Positions 40,731 through 52,200 of a stretch of 64,000 nt of DNA are shown piece by piece. The translations under genes were made by a program, and so were the position numbers. The stretch covers positions 128,001-192,000 of the forward strand of contig JBFWNU010000003.1 in assembly GCA_050250895.1 (NCBI GenBank). Direction: 5' to 3'. Under the pieces are notes generated by a model that saw only the letters and a list, made by a program, of their open reading frames with translations, searched no databases and was not told the DNA's origin. This stretch comes from Vulcanimicrobiota bacterium (GTDB lineage Bacteria; Vulcanimicrobiota; Xenobia; Xenobiales; JADMJV01). The number at the start of each line of letters is the position of its first letter. The stretch's first letter is position 1.

Positions 40731-42092
40731 CTAGTTCGTCAGGCTCTGGATGGGGGCGGGGATGCGTCCGCCGCGGCGCACGAAGTTGGCAGCCGAGAAT
40801 TTATGCACAGCCATGATCGGGGCAGCCCCCAACAGGCCTCCGAAATCGACCCACTCGCCGGCTTTCTTGCCCGGCACGGGAATCAGGCGGACGGCGGTGG
40901 TTTTGCCGTTGATCATGCCGATGGCCATCTCGTCGGCCATGATGGCCGTGAGCGTCTCGGGAGGCGTGTCGCCGGGCACGGCCACCATATCGAGCCCCAC
41001 CGAGCAAACGGCGGTCATGGCCTCGAGTTTGTCCAGCCCCAGCGCTCCCATCTCGACTGAACGGGCCATCTCGCTGTCTTCGCTGACGGGAATGAAGGCG
41101 CCCGACAAGCCACCCACCCGCGACGAGGCCATGGCCCCGCCCCGCTTGACCGCGTCGTTGAGCAGGGCCAAAGCGGCCGTGGTTCCGTGGGTGCCGCATT
41201 TCTCGAGGCCCATCGATTCGAGCACCTCGGCCACCGAGTCGCCCCGGGTCGGCGTGGGAGCCAGCGACAGGTCGACAATGCCGAACGGCACGCCCAGCCG
41301 GCGCGACACCTCGCGACCGGCCAGTTCTCCCATGCGGGTAATCTTGAAGGCCGTCTGCTTGATAGCCTCGGCCAGGTCTTGCAAGGGGGCGTCGGGCATC
41401 CTGTCGACCACGGCTTTCACCACACCCGGGCCGCTCACACCCACGTGAATCTCGACATCGGGCTCGCCGGTGCCGTGCATGGCCCCGGCAATGAACGGGT
41501 TGTCTTCAGGCTGGTTGCAGAAGACCACCAGCCGGCCACAGTTGATGCCGCCCTTTTGAGGGCTGCGGTGGGCGGTGTCATAGACTACCCGCCCCATCAA
41601 CAATAGGGCCTCGAGATTGATGCCGGCCTTGGTCGAGGCCACCGAGATGGAGGAGCAGACCCGCTCGGTGCGGTCGAGGGCCTCGGGCAGGCTGCGCAGC
41701 AGCACCCGGTCGGCGGGGGTGATGCCTTTGTGGACCGGGGCCGAAAAGCCACCCAGGTAGTCGATGCCTAACTCGGCCGCGGTGCGGTCCAGAGCCATGG
41801 CCAACGGCACGTAGCTGTCGGCTCCCGAAGCGGCCGCCACCATGCTGATGGGAGTCACCGACAGCCGCTTGTTGACGATGGGGATGCCGAAGTCTTGCGA
41901 GACGGCCTGAGCGGTCTCGACCAGCTTCTCGCCCGAGCGCAAGAGCTTGCGCACCACTTTCGCACAGGTCTTCTGAATGTCGTCAGAAGCGCAGTCGAGG
42001 AGGTTGACCCCCATGGTAACGGTGCGAATGTCGAGATGAAGCTCTTCGATCATCTCGAGGGTTTCCATGACCTCGCGGGCGGACAGATACAT
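40731..42092 (-). CDS. PFL family / DUF711 (UPF0210) protein
   Basis: [29 protein letters not shown] and [13 protein letters not shown] motifs. Confidence 0.9.
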   Translation of the reverse strand: MYLSAREVMETLEMIEELHLDIRTVTMGVNLLDCASDDIQKTCAKVVRKLLRSGEKLVETAQAVSQDFGIPIVNKRLSVTPISMVAAASGADSYVPLAMALDRTAAELGIDYLGGFSAPVHKGITPADRVLLRSLPEALDRTERVCSSISVASTKAGINLEALLLMGRVVYDTAHRSPQKGGINCGRLVVFCNQPEDNPFIAGAMHGTGEPDVEIHVGVSGPGVVKAVVDRMPDAPLQDLAEAIKQTAFKITRMGELAGREVSRRLGVPFGIVDLSLAPTPTRGDSVAEVLESMGLEKCGTHGTTAALALLNDAVKRGGAMASSRVGGLSGAFIPVSEDSEMARSVEMGALGLDKLEAMTAVCSVGLDMVAVPGDTPPETLTAIMADEMAIGMINGKTTAVRLIPVPGKKAGEWVDFGGLLGAAPIMAVHKFSAANFVRRGGRIPAPIQSLTN

Positions 42093-42218
42093 GGCCGGCC
42101 GGTTCGAGTTGGGGGCGAAAGGGTCCTGCGGCCGGTTGGCCCTCGGTCCGACGAGCTGGAGGCTGCTCGGGGTCGGGGCAGCGAAGGCCGCTGGCGCGGC
42201 CTTCGGGGGGGGTGAGCC

Positions 42219-42632
42219 TTAGCGAGCCTTCTTGAGGGCAGCTTCGGTTCGTTGCACCAGTTGCTCGACGGTCATGGAGCCGACCTGCTCGTCGATCGGC
42301 TTACCCTGGCTGTCGAGCCAGACCGTGAAGGGGATGTACTCCGAGGTCGCGGCTTTGGCGTATTTCTTCTGCTCGGGAGTGTCCTTGTCGTCGATGTTGA
42401 TCGACACGAGATTGACTTTCTTCTTGTATTTTGACTCAAACTGAGCCATGGCAGGTTCCATCTGCACGCACGCCCCTCACCAGGGCGCGCCGAAATGGAC
42501 TACCGTAACTTTGGCACCTTTGGCCGTGGAACTGTGGGTCTTCATTTTCTCTTTGCTGGCGCCGGGCGCGGCCATCAGGCCGAGCCCCAGGCATACCAGA
42601 GCGAGCAGAAGACTGAGCTTTTGCTTGTGCAT
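42219..42632 (-). CDS. exported thioredoxin-family selenoprotein (UxxC; Sec at codon 52)
   Basis: AAGGAG, then ATG 42632; signal peptide; VTVVHFGAPW-TGA(42479-42477)-GAC continues in frame into the 82-aa ORF containing YIP. Confidence 0.85.
42451..42465 (-). promoter_or_regulatory. candidate bacterial SECIS hairpin
   Basis: GCAG-AUGGAAC-CUGC starting 11 nt after the in-frame UGA; G in the loop. Confidence 0.6.
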
Positions 42633-42751
42633 AGCTGCTCCTTTCTGGGCGTTTCATCGCCGCGAGGCACAACTACGTGGTCGGCCCGGAAGTTCCCCGT
42701 GGGAACCCCAGCCGCGGCGAAACTCGCCCAACCGGCAGTCCACGCGCCGGC

Positions 42752-42780
42752 TTGACATTGTACTGCTGTACTGGTACAAT
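42752..42780 (+). promoter_or_regulatory. sigma70 promoter overlapped by a YtrA/GntR-type operator
   Basis: TTGACA-N17-TACAAT; inverted repeat ATTGTAC-N10-GTACAAT at 42757-42780. Confidence 0.8.
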
Positions 42781-42788
42781 TTGCCTAT

Positions 42789-43175
42789 ATGAAACTCGGA
42801 TTTCATGTCGACAGGTCCCTGGCAACACCTCTCCACGTTCAGCTGTCCGAGCAGATTCATCTCCAGATTCACAGTGGACAGTTGCCCCCAGGGCAACGCC
42901 TCCCGACCGTGCGCAGTCTGGCCATCGAACTGGGGCTGAACGCCAACACCGTAGCCAGGGTCTATCGCGAACTACAAGACCGAGGCTTTCTCGAGCTCGA
43001 GCGAGGCGTCGGCACCTTCGTGGCCCGCGAGCCACCCGAGTCCCCCCTGGGACGGACCGACGTAAAGCGTATCCGTTCCAAAGCCAGTCAACTGATCACC
43101 CTCAGCCGTGGTGCGGGTTTGAGCTTTGCCGAACTCACCCAGCTGATCGAGAATCTCTGGAAGGAGATGGAATGA
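42789..43175 (+). CDS. GntR family (YtrA subfamily) regulator
   Basis: LPTVRSLAIELGLNANTVARVYREL..RGVGTFV; short C-terminal domain. Confidence 0.92.
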   Translation: MKLGFHVDRSLATPLHVQLSEQIHLQIHSGQLPPGQRLPTVRSLAIELGLNANTVARVYRELQDRGFLELERGVGTFVAREPPESPLGRTDVKRIRSKASQLITLSRGAGLSFAELTQLIENLWKEME

Positions 43176-43176
43176 T

Positions 43177-44031
43177 ATGAACACTAACATTTTTACCTGG
43201 TTGATTTTGTTGGCCAGCTTTCCGGCTGCGTTTTTCGCCGGTCAGTTTAGCGTGTTGGCCGGCTGGTTGGTGATGGGGCTGGGCCTCTGGCTGAGCGCCT
43301 CGCCCCGCCAGATCGCCGAGTGGGAGCGCGGGGTCTTGCTGCGATTCGGCAAGTTCAGCAGGGTCCTCACTCCCGGCATCTCGTGGGTCATCCCGGGCAT
43401 CGACTCCATCACCAAGGTGGTCGACATGCGCATCCGCTCCACTTCGTTCTCGGCTGAGAAGACCCTGACCAGCGACACCGTGCCGGTCAATGTCGATGCG
43501 GTCCTGTTCTGGGTGGTCACCGATGCCAAGCAGGCCGTGATTGAAGTCGAGGATTTCCTCACGACGATTAGCTGGGCCGCCCAGACCACGCTGCGCGACG
43601 TCATCGGTCAGACCGAGCTGGTTCGGATGATTTCCGACCGCAAGTCGATCGATGCCGAGCTGCAGAAAATCATCGACAGCAAGACCAGCGACTGGGGTAT
43701 CACCGTACAGTCGGTCGAGATTCGCGATATGAAGATCCCGGCTGCTCTCGAGGATGCCATGAGCCGTAAGGCCCAGGCCGACCGCGAGAAAGAAGCTCGC
43801 ATCATCCTGGCCGAGTCCGAGCTGCGGGTGGCCGACGAGATGGAAAAGGCGGCCCGAGTCTACAACCGTGACCCGATTGCTCTGCAAATCCGGGCCATGA
43901 ACATGACCTACGAGTCGATCAAGGAAAGGGGTGCCCTGATGGTGGTTCCCAGTGAAATGATGAGCTCGATGAACGGCAGTCTGCTAGGAATGGGGACGGC
44001 CTGCTTCGAGCCCGAGACGGTGGTGAACTGA
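43177..44031 (+). CDS. SPFH/band 7 (slipin) protein
   Basis: WERGVLLRFG, VDMR, AQTTLRDVIG and WGITVQSVEIRD motifs. Confidence 0.92.
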   Translation: MNTNIFTWLILLASFPAAFFAGQFSVLAGWLVMGLGLWLSASPRQIAEWERGVLLRFGKFSRVLTPGISWVIPGIDSITKVVDMRIRSTSFSAEKTLTSDTVPVNVDAVLFWVVTDAKQAVIEVEDFLTTISWAAQTTLRDVIGQTELVRMISDRKSIDAELQKIIDSKTSDWGITVQSVEIRDMKIPAALEDAMSRKAQADREKEARIILAESELRVADEMEKAARVYNRDPIALQIRAMNMTYESIKERGALMVVPSEMMSSMNGSLLGMGTACFEPETVVN

Positions 44032-44588
44032 TGTTTCCGCTCGCGGCGGCGGCCCTCTTTCGCAGGTCCCTCGAGCTCGAAGGGGTTCGCCTGGACCAGG
44101 CCACCTTGTTTCCTCTCTTCGATGAGACCGGCAAAGTCTTTAAGCTGCTGCTGGTGGTCGAAGAGCCGGTCCTGGTGGCGCTCATCGACTGGCGACCCGG
44201 CCTGGTGAGTAAGCCGTTCTTCGGTCCGGTCCGGCTGGGCGTGCGACTCAATTCGCTCGACGACCTGACCGCTCGCGAGGCCAACGAGGCTACCGGTTGG
44301 TGGCACTTCGACCCCTGGTGGTTGCTCACCGAGCCGCACCTGTGCAAGCATCCTTCGGCGGCTCAGCTGCGCACGACCAACTGCGTGAACGAATTGGAAA
44401 AGGTGACCTCCGTGAACTTCGCTCGCGACCTGTCGATGGTAACCTCGCTCGGTCACACTCGCGACGGCGAGTTGCGAGTGGTGCCGTTGGAGCCGGGCTG
44501 GCTGCCCCGGCGGACCGTAGAAGCGACTCCCTCGAGTCGGCGCACGGTGTGGCGCCTACGACCGTTCTGGCAGCGACCAGCCAGCTAG
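44031..44588 (+). CDS. hypothetical protein
   Basis: Start overlaps the SPFH stop codon; followed by a terminator. Confidence 0.65.
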   Translation: MFPLAAAALFRRSLELEGVRLDQATLFPLFDETGKVFKLLLVVEEPVLVALIDWRPGLVSKPFFGPVRLGVRLNSLDDLTAREANEATGWWHFDPWWLLTEPHLCKHPSAAQLRTTNCVNELEKVTSVNFARDLSMVTSLGHTRDGELRVVPLEPGWLPRRTVEATPSSRRTVWRLRPFWQRPAS

Positions 44589-44596
44589 AAACACAA

Positions 44597-44631
44597 GAGC
44601 CGCGCGGGCAACCGCGCGGCTCAATTTCTTT
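44597..44631. terminator. intrinsic terminator between convergent genes
   Basis: gagccgcgcgg-gcaa-ccgcgcggctc followed by a T-rich tract. Confidence 0.75.
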
Positions 44632-44640
44632 GGGTGTTGT

Positions 44641-44931
44641 CTAAACGAATCGGGACCAGGTTCTGGTGGTCTCGCCGTTGGTGGCGGCCAGGGCGGCCCC
44701 GTGATGGTTAGGGCCGAATCCGGCTACGCCGCCGACGGCTCCACGCGGCCCGGCGGCCCCGGCCACGGCGACTCCGGCGTCGATGGTGCCGTCGCTACCT
44801 TGGTCGAAGGCCAGTCCGGCTACTCCCGCGCCGCGGGTTCCGGCTTCGTTGGCCACTCCCGCGCCACCCCAGTACCAGGTGTTGCCGGCGCGTCCAGTGT
44901 AGCTGTTGACTCCCGAGTTGTAGACCTGCAT
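44641..44931 (-). CDS. small Gly/Ala-rich hypothetical protein
   Basis: GGAGG upstream; 96 aa. Confidence 0.7.
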   Translation of the reverse strand: MQVYNSGVNSYTGRAGNTWYWGGAGVANEAGTRGAGVAGLAFDQGSDGTIDAGVAVAGAAGPRGAVGGVAGFGPNHHGAALAATNGETTRTWSRFV

Positions 44932-45460
44932 CGTTCGTTTCCTCCGTGGTTTCTTTCGTTGTGGCTATGTCCAGAGAATAGCCCTCCTCGTTGTCAGGCC
45001 GCCAACAGGCCGCTTACAGGTCGCTTACAGAGGTTAAACGTTTGTGCGCTCTAGCGATAGGCTCCCCGATAGGCCCCAACGGCGTTGCGCTGTGCGTTGT
45101 GATGGCCTGCCACTCCGGCTTTGCGGCCGCTGGATCGGGCCGGTTTGGTGGTGGGGTTCGGGACGGGGCCAACGGCCAGATCATACAGACTAGGAGTTCT
45201 CGGAGCATTGCGGGCGGTTCCTGCGGTGGGGTTAATCATTGGGGTTGCCTCCTGTTTGGTTGATGCCATCACCTTATCAGGCGAAGGCTCGAACAGCGTC
45301 TGAATCTCGGGTTGCTTGTTGCCGATTTGTAAAATTTCGGTTCTGGATGCCCCCGGGGGGTACTACCCTGTTCGAATGCCCGGGGTCAATACGGCCGGAG
45401 GGCGAGTTGCCTTCGCTCGCTAGCTACCATGGGCTTATACCACTCAGGAGGAAATTCCAA

Positions 45461-46255
45461 ATGATGAAACATTTTATCGCTAGTGTAGCTGCCGCTTCTT
45501 GCCTGTTGGCGGCTGGACCGGCTATGGCCCACGAAGACAATACCACCATGATCCGCGACGATTCCAAGTCGATCGTCAATCTCGACGACCGTGGCCTGAT
45601 CATGTTCCACGAACCGGTGGCCATCGAAGGCACCGTGCGCGGCGTCCATATGGGGCAGATTCAGATCGAGGCCGAGAACAACCAGATGATCGAAGTGCCT
45701 CACATGGCCCTGGTCTGGAATGGCGACACCAAGATCTTCGCCCAGGACTGCGAGATTGGCGACCACGTCATCATGCATCTGCGTCAGGGCGAGCCTTATG
45801 ACGTGATGAAGATGGCCAACGGTGACCTGGCTCTGTTGAGCTACGACGGGGTATTTCGTGTGCCCGAGAGCTTCATCGCCGCCATCGACATCGATGGCCT
45901 GGATGGTGACATCTATGCCAATACCGATGACCGCAACTATACCTTGAACGACCGCTACATCGACGCCGACAACGACGGCATTCGTGATGACCACGACGCC
46001 TGGGTCGACGTCGATAACGACGGCATCAACGACTCCGGCGACACCTTCGTGGACGCCGATAAAGACGGCATCCGCGACGACCACGACTCCTTCGTAGACG
46101 CCGATAACGATGGCATGCGTGACAAAGTGACCTATACCGACGTCAACAAGAATGGCATTCGCGACGATGTCGAAGACTATCGCAGCTATGACTACGACCT
46201 GCGTGACCAGGCCGTGAGCGTCGACCAGGATGACGACGAACTCGTCACCCGCTAA
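45461..46255 (+). CDS. exported protein with DxDNDG Ca2+-binding-type repeats
   Basis: AGGAGG; signal peptide ending AMA; five D-x-[DN]-x-[DN]-G units near the C-terminus. Confidence 0.8.
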   Translation: MMKHFIASVAAASCLLAAGPAMAHEDNTTMIRDDSKSIVNLDDRGLIMFHEPVAIEGTVRGVHMGQIQIEAENNQMIEVPHMALVWNGDTKIFAQDCEIGDHVIMHLRQGEPYDVMKMANGDLALLSYDGVFRVPESFIAAIDIDGLDGDIYANTDDRNYTLNDRYIDADNDGIRDDHDAWVDVDNDGINDSGDTFVDADKDGIRDDHDSFVDADNDGMRDKVTYTDVNKNGIRDDVEDYRSYDYDLRDQAVSVDQDDDELVTR

Positions 46256-46272
46256 TCGATAGCTTAATCCTT

Positions 46273-46310
46273 GACCGCGAAGGTGGGGCCACCTTCGCGG
46301 TCTTTCTTTT
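46273..46310 (+). terminator. intrinsic terminator
   Basis: gaccgcgaaggtgg/ccaccttcgcggtc followed by tttctttt. Confidence 0.8.
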
Positions 46311-46350
46311 GTCCAGAAGGCTCCGCGCCCCTGAAAGCGAAGGCGCGGCC

Positions 46351-46806
46351 ATGCCTTCTTACTGGCTTTTCAAGAGTGAACCTGATGTCTTTTCGATCGA
46401 CGATCTGGCGGCCGTCGAGAGCGAGCATTGGGACGGCGTTCGCAACTATCAAGCCCGCAACAACCTGCAGGCCATGAAAGTCGGCGATCTCGGGTTTTTC
46501 TATCACAGCCGCCTGAATCCATCCGGTATCGTCGGTATTTGTGAAGTGGTGAAAGAGGCCTACCCCGACCACACGGCCTTCGACCCCAAGAACAAGTATT
46601 ACGATCCAAAGTCCACTCCCGAGAAGCCACGCTGGTTCATGGTCGACATCAAGTTCGTAGACAAGTTCTCGCGCATGATCGACCTGCACGAGGTCAAGTC
46701 TGACCCCAAGTTGGCCGAGATGGCTCTGGTCAAGAGCAGCCGTCTCTCGGTGCAGCCCGTGTCTGCCAAAGAGTGGAAGCACATCTGTAAACTCGCTGGC
46801 GGTTAA
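46351..46806 (+). CDS. EVE domain protein
   Basis: [24 protein letters not shown] and RLSVQPV motifs. Confidence 0.93.
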   Translation: MPSYWLFKSEPDVFSIDDLAAVESEHWDGVRNYQARNNLQAMKVGDLGFFYHSRLNPSGIVGICEVVKEAYPDHTAFDPKNKYYDPKSTPEKPRWFMVDIKFVDKFSRMIDLHEVKSDPKLAEMALVKSSRLSVQPVSAKEWKHICKLAGG

Positions 46807-46808
46807 TC

Positions 46809-48197
46809 ATGGACGTGCTCATGCTGGCCAGGTTGCAGTTCGCCCTGACCATCATGTTCCATTATCTCTTTCCGCCCCTCACCATCGGGCTGGGGATGCT
46901 GATGGTGGTGGTGGAGGGTCTCTATCTCAAGACCGGCGACCCTCGTTACCGGACCATCGCCCGCTTCTGGACGCGCCTCTTTGCCGTCAACTTCGCCATG
47001 GGCGTGGCCACCGGCATCGTGATGGAGTTCGAGTTCGGCACCAACTGGGCCACCTATTCGCGCTATGTCGGGGACGTGTTCGGCTCGGCCCTGGCCGCCG
47101 AGGGGATCTTTGCCTTCTTTCTCGAGTCTGGCTTTTTGGGAGTGGTCGTCTTTGGCTGGGAGCGGGTTTCTAAGCGGTTTCATTTCTTTGCCACCTGCAT
47201 GGTTTGTCTGGGTGGCTTTTTCTCGTCCATCTGGATCGTCATCGCGAACTCTTTCATGCAGACTCCGGCTGGGTTTCACCTGGTCGAGCACCCCCACGGC
47301 ATGCGAGCCGAGATCACCGATTTTTGGGCCATGGTGTTCAATCCCTCGAGTCTCGACAGGCTCGTTCATGTGTGGCTGGGTTCGTTCATCCTGGGAGCCT
47401 TTTTCGCCCTCTCCATCGCCTCGTTCTATGTCTTGAGGGGCCGCCACCCCGAGGTGGCCCCGCTGATGGTCAAGATCAGTCTGGCCTTTGCCACCCTCTG
47501 GTCGACTTTGATGCTGGTGTCGGGCGACTCTAACGCCCGCATGGTGGCGCGCGAGCAACCGGCCAAGATGGCCGCCTTCGAGGCGCTCTTCAAGACCACC
47601 GAAGGGGCCACCGGATTCTGGCTGGTCGGCTGGCCCGACGCCGACCAGGAGAAGGTCACCGGGATCGAGGTTCCCGGTTTGCTCAGCTTGCTCGTCCATC
47701 GCGATCTCGAGACGCCGGTGGCCGGACTGGATCAGGTCCCCGCCGACGAGCGTCCGCCGATCTGGCTGCCTTTTCAGGCTTATCATCTGATGATCGCCCT
47801 GGGCACCGCTTTCATCGGACTCAGCTGGCTGGGGTGTTTCTTCTGGTGGCGGGGCACATTGTTCGAGCAGCGCTGGCTGCTCTGGCTCTTTGTCTTCAGT
47901 GTGCTAGGAGCCTACGCCGCCAACGAGGCGGGCTGGGTTGCCGCCGAGGTGGGGCGCCAACCCTGGGTGGTCTATGGTTTGCTGCGCACCGACCAGGGCT
48001 TGTCCCAGGCGGTGGTCGCCAGCCAGGTGCTGGCCTCGATCCTGATGTTCGGCGTCGTCTACTTCCTGCTGTTTCTGGTTTGGGTCTTCGTGATGAACAA
48101 CAAGATCCGCCACGGTCCCGAGGACATCGAGGCCGAACCTCGGCACAGCGAGAATCCGCTGGCGGTGGCGGCCACCCGCTATGAGGAAGAACCGTGA
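46809..48197 (+). CDS. cydA: cytochrome bd oxidase subunit I
   Basis: [25 protein letters not shown] and EVGRQPW motifs. Confidence 0.95.
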   Translation: MDVLMLARLQFALTIMFHYLFPPLTIGLGMLMVVVEGLYLKTGDPRYRTIARFWTRLFAVNFAMGVATGIVMEFEFGTNWATYSRYVGDVFGSALAAEGIFAFFLESGFLGVVVFGWERVSKRFHFFATCMVCLGGFFSSIWIVIANSFMQTPAGFHLVEHPHGMRAEITDFWAMVFNPSSLDRLVHVWLGSFILGAFFALSIASFYVLRGRHPEVAPLMVKISLAFATLWSTLMLVSGDSNARMVAREQPAKMAAFEALFKTTEGATGFWLVGWPDADQEKVTGIEVPGLLSLLVHRDLETPVAGLDQVPADERPPIWLPFQAYHLMIALGTAFIGLSWLGCFFWWRGTLFEQRWLLWLFVFSVLGAYAANEAGWVAAEVGRQPWVVYGLLRTDQGLSQAVVASQVLASILMFGVVYFLLFLVWVFVMNNKIRHGPEDIEAEPRHSENPLAVAATRYEEEP

Positions 48198-49210
48198 TGG
48201 ACCTCAACATCTTCTGGTTCGTGCTGGTGGGGGTGTTGTTGGCCGGTTATGCCGTGCTCGACGGCTTTGACCTGGGGGTCGGCATCGTTCACTTCACGGC
48301 CCGGGACGACCGCCAGCGTCGGCTCTACATGAACTCGATCGGGCCCCTCTGGGACGGCAACGAGGTGTGGCTGGTGACCTTCGGCGGAGCCCTCTTTGCG
48401 GCCTTTCCCGAGGTCTACGCCACCGCTTTCTCGGCCTTCTACACGCCTTTCATGCTCCTGCTCTGCGGCTTGATTTTTCGAGCGGTGTCGATGGAGTTTC
48501 GCAGTAAGGCCGAGTGGCCCTGGTGGCGCAGCTTCTGGGATTTTTGCTTCTCGGCGTCGTGCACGGCCGTGGCTTTTCTTTATGGGGTGGCGGTGGGCAA
48601 CTCGCTGTTGGGACTGGCCATCGGCCCCAGGGGCGTCTTTGAGGGCCGAACCCTCGACCTGCTGGGCTTTTACCCGATGTTGGTGGGCGCGCTGGTGGTG
48701 GCCCTGTTCGCCATGCACGGGGCCATCTTTCTTTACCTCAAGAACGAGGGCGAGTTGCAACAGCAACTGAAACCCTTGATGTGGAAGTGCTACGGAATCT
48801 TCTTGGTGCTCTATCTGTTCGCCACCATCTACACCCTGGTGGAAGTGCCAGCGGCCATCCCCAACCAGAAGGGGCCCATCTTTTGGCTGGCCATCTTTCT
48901 CAACGTGGCCGCCATCGGCAACATTCCTCGAGCCATCTATTACGGCCGCGAGTTCGACGCCTTCCTCTCGTCGGCGCTCGTGATCCTGGCCCTGACCTTT
49001 TTGTTCGGCGCGGCGCTCTTTCCCAATTTGATGGTCTCGAACCTCGACCCGGCCTACAGCCTGACCGTCTACAGCGCGGCCTCGTCCCAGTCGACGCTCA
49101 AGTTGATGCGGGTCATCGCTTTTTTAGGTATGCCGTTCGTGATGACCTATACCGGCGTCATCTACTGGGTGTTTCGAGGCAAGACCCAGCTCGACGAGCA
49201 CTCCTATTAA
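48194..49210 (+). CDS. cydB: cytochrome bd oxidase subunit II
   Basis: LDGFDLGVG and [11 protein letters not shown] motifs. Confidence 0.95.
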   Translation: MMDLNIFWFVLVGVLLAGYAVLDGFDLGVGIVHFTARDDRQRRLYMNSIGPLWDGNEVWLVTFGGALFAAFPEVYATAFSAFYTPFMLLLCGLIFRAVSMEFRSKAEWPWWRSFWDFCFSASCTAVAFLYGVAVGNSLLGLAIGPRGVFEGRTLDLLGFYPMLVGALVVALFAMHGAIFLYLKNEGELQQQLKPLMWKCYGIFLVLYLFATIYTLVEVPAAIPNQKGPIFWLAIFLNVAAIGNIPRAIYYGREFDAFLSSALVILALTFLFGAALFPNLMVSNLDPAYSLTVYSAASSQSTLKLMRVIAFLGMPFVMTYTGVIYWVFRGKTQLDEHSY

Positions 49211-49245
49211 GTCTTCTTTGAGGGGGCTCGACTAGGCTGGGAAGA

Positions 49246-52200
49246 ATGAAGATCGGGTCGTTCCAACCCAATACCCCGCCCGTGCGCACCGCTGCCGTCT
49301 CGCCCGCCCTGGTCGACGCCTATCGCCCCTGGCAGGCTGAGGGAGATTGGCAAACCGGCACCAACTGGCGCGGTCAGGCCATCTGGAAGAGCAACTCGGG
49401 CCGCTACGAGGACAGCCAGAACACCAGTCTGACCAGCCAGCCCCTGTCGCTGCGGGGGTTGACCCAGCCGCGCTTGAAGTTCCGTTGTGGCTACGGCCTC
49501 GAGGACAGCTACGACCATGTCCATCTCGAACTCAAGACCGAACACGGCAGCTGGCGCGAACTCAAGGACTTCACCGGCAAGACCTGGCTGGGCAAAGATG
49601 TCGACCTCGACCTGTCTGGTTATCAGGGAGAAGTCGTCCAGTTGCGGTTTCGGTTGCGCACCGACGGCAGCAATTCGGGCAGCGGTTTCAAGTTTTCCAA
49701 GCTTCGCCTGGAAGGGTTCGACTTCGAGGGCAAGCCTGTAAACCACTCGTTGCAATCGACCCAGGGACCCGATTTGAGTGGCCTCTCCGATCAGCAGTCG
49801 GCGCAGCTCGAGCAGCTGACCCGTCAGTTGGGAAGCCCCGAGGATGCCTATCTTTTGTGGCAGAGCCATCCCAATCCTCAGCCGGGCCTGGTCGAGCTGA
49901 CCCGTCAGGCCGGAGCGGCCGAGGCGGTGGCCAGCTGGCCCCTGGTCGAGGCCGACGACAAGGCTCAAGAGCGCATGGAATGGCTACGCCAAAAGGTGGA
50001 CGGAAAGCTGGCTCGCCAGGTCTGGCCCACGGTCCAGGCCGGCGACGAGAGCTCTTTAGAAGCGCTGGCTGCTGCCTCGGGCAGTTTTGCCAAAGCCGCT
50101 CAGCTCTGGCCGTTGGTGGCCGAGCGACGCGATCAGGCTGATTTCTCGGACCTGCTGGATGGTTTGGGCAAACTGGCTAGCGAGGCTGAACCCGAGGAAA
50201 TCAAAAATCGCTGGTCTTTGCTCGGGCATGGTCCCCAGACTCTGACCGACCGGCTAAGCCTGTACCGGGCCGCCCGCCGCCTGTCTGAAAAGGACGGGGT
50301 GGAACTCTATTGCAAGCTGGTCACGGCCGGCGCCGACGGAAGCACCGGCCAGACCCTGCACGACCTGCTCAGCCACAACCGGGACTGGAGTGGCGACTGG
50401 GGTCAGGAGAAGAGCCTGTTAAAAGGCCAGGTTTGGAGCGATAGCCCGGGCGGAAAGTATGCCAGCAGCGCTCGCACCAGCCTGACCAGCCCGCCCATTC
50501 CGCTGGCCGAATGCGAGCAGCCGAAGGTCCACTTTTCGGCCTTCTATAGTCTCGAAGATGGCTACGACAAGGTGCATCTCGAGGCGGCCGGGCGCGACGG
50601 ACACTGGCGGTCGCTAGACACGTTCACCGGCAGCAGCTGGATGTGGAAGCACAAGTCCTATGCCCTGGACGCCTTCGGACGCCAGCCCGTGCGCTTTCGC
50701 TTTCGCCTCGAGAGCGATGGCTCCAACGAGAAAGACGGCTTTTCGCTGGCCGACCTGCGGGTCGAGGATTCGGCCGGCCGCTGCCTGCGGCCCGAGGGCA
50801 AACCCGATGCGTTCGCCCAACCCCTGGTCGATTTCGCCATTGCTCATCCTGACCGCCTCGAGCAGCTGGGCTCGGTGGCCGACCAGCTGGGCTCGGTGCG
50901 ATCGGGCTTGGACTTTCTGCAGGCCTTCGATACGCCCGCCAACCACCCCCAACAGGCTCAGCACCGCCAGGCCCTGGTCGAACTCTTCGATCTGGCCGGC
51001 TCGAAGGCGGCGGCTGCCTGCTGGCCCCTCATCAAAAGCTCCAGGGAAAAGGACTTCGCGGGTCAGGCGGCCTTGCTCAAGTGGGGCCTCGACCAGACGG
51101 GGCCCGACCAGCTCAAAGCTCTGTGGCCAAGCCTGGCCTCCGGCGACCAGTCTCGGCTGGCTGCCTTCACCCGGCAGTTGGGCAGCTTCGAGAGCGCTGC
51201 TTCGCTCTGGCCGCTGGTCTCGCAGCGACGCCACCAACCGGGCTTTGACGGCGAGCTGACCCAACTCGCGTCGTTGGTGGAAACGGTCGGCCTTGACGAG
51301 GCCCGTCGCCGACTTTCTGGGCAGACCGATTTGGAGAGTCACCTGGCCCTCGAAGAAGTGGCTTCGCGACTGGCACCCGGCCAGTCGGAACCTCTCTCGC
51401 AGCGGCTTCACCAGGCCGGTCTCGACCCGGCCGGAGTCAAGGCGCTACTGTCTTTGACCGAGCAGATGACCTTCTGGAAGGCCGAGGGCAGCTGGGGTAG
51501 GGAAGGCAGCCTGTTCAAGGGTTCATGCTGGAGCGATAGTCCCAAAGCCAACTATCCTGACAGCGCCGACTATTCCCTCACCAGCCAGCCGTTGGACCTC
51601 TTCGGTCTCAAAGAGGCCACCCTCCATCTTTCTTCGCGCTTTTCGTTGGAAGACGGCTATGATTTCGCTCGTCTCGAGTTGGGCACGGCCGACGGCCGCT
51701 GGCACGAGTTGCACAAATTCACCGGCAACCGCCCGGTTTGGTGGAGTAACGACTTTGATCTGGGCGACTACGCCGGCCAGAAGGTTCGCTTGCGGTTTCG
51801 CCTCACCAGCGACGGCTCGCGCGCCAAGAGCGGCTTTTCCTTTGCTGGCCTGCGACTTGACGGCCGGGCCCCCGATGGCTCGAGAATCAGTCGTCACCTC
51901 GACCAGCCCGACCGTAGCCAGTCCATCCAGCAGCTGGTGGACCTGGCCTGCGATCCCAACCTGCCGGCGGCCGAGCGCAGCCAGAAGCTGCAGACTCTCG
52001 ACAGCGTCTCGCAGCGATTGAATAGTCCCGAAGCAGGCTTGGCCTTCATGCCTTTCGACCAGAGCCCCGAACGCGAGCTGGTCCTGCAGGCTTTCGCCAG
52101 CTGCGGAGAGGGGGCGGCCGGTCGGGCGGCCAGCCTGGGCGTCTCCTTGCGGGACCGCGATCCCACCCTGAAGTGGCTCAGCCAGCACGGCCAGACCGGC

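Noticed and set aside
42477-42479. Nonsense mutation or genome-wide UGA recoding
   Set aside because: Many other genes end in TGA normally; the exact catalytic-Cys position plus the downstream hairpin favours selenocysteine
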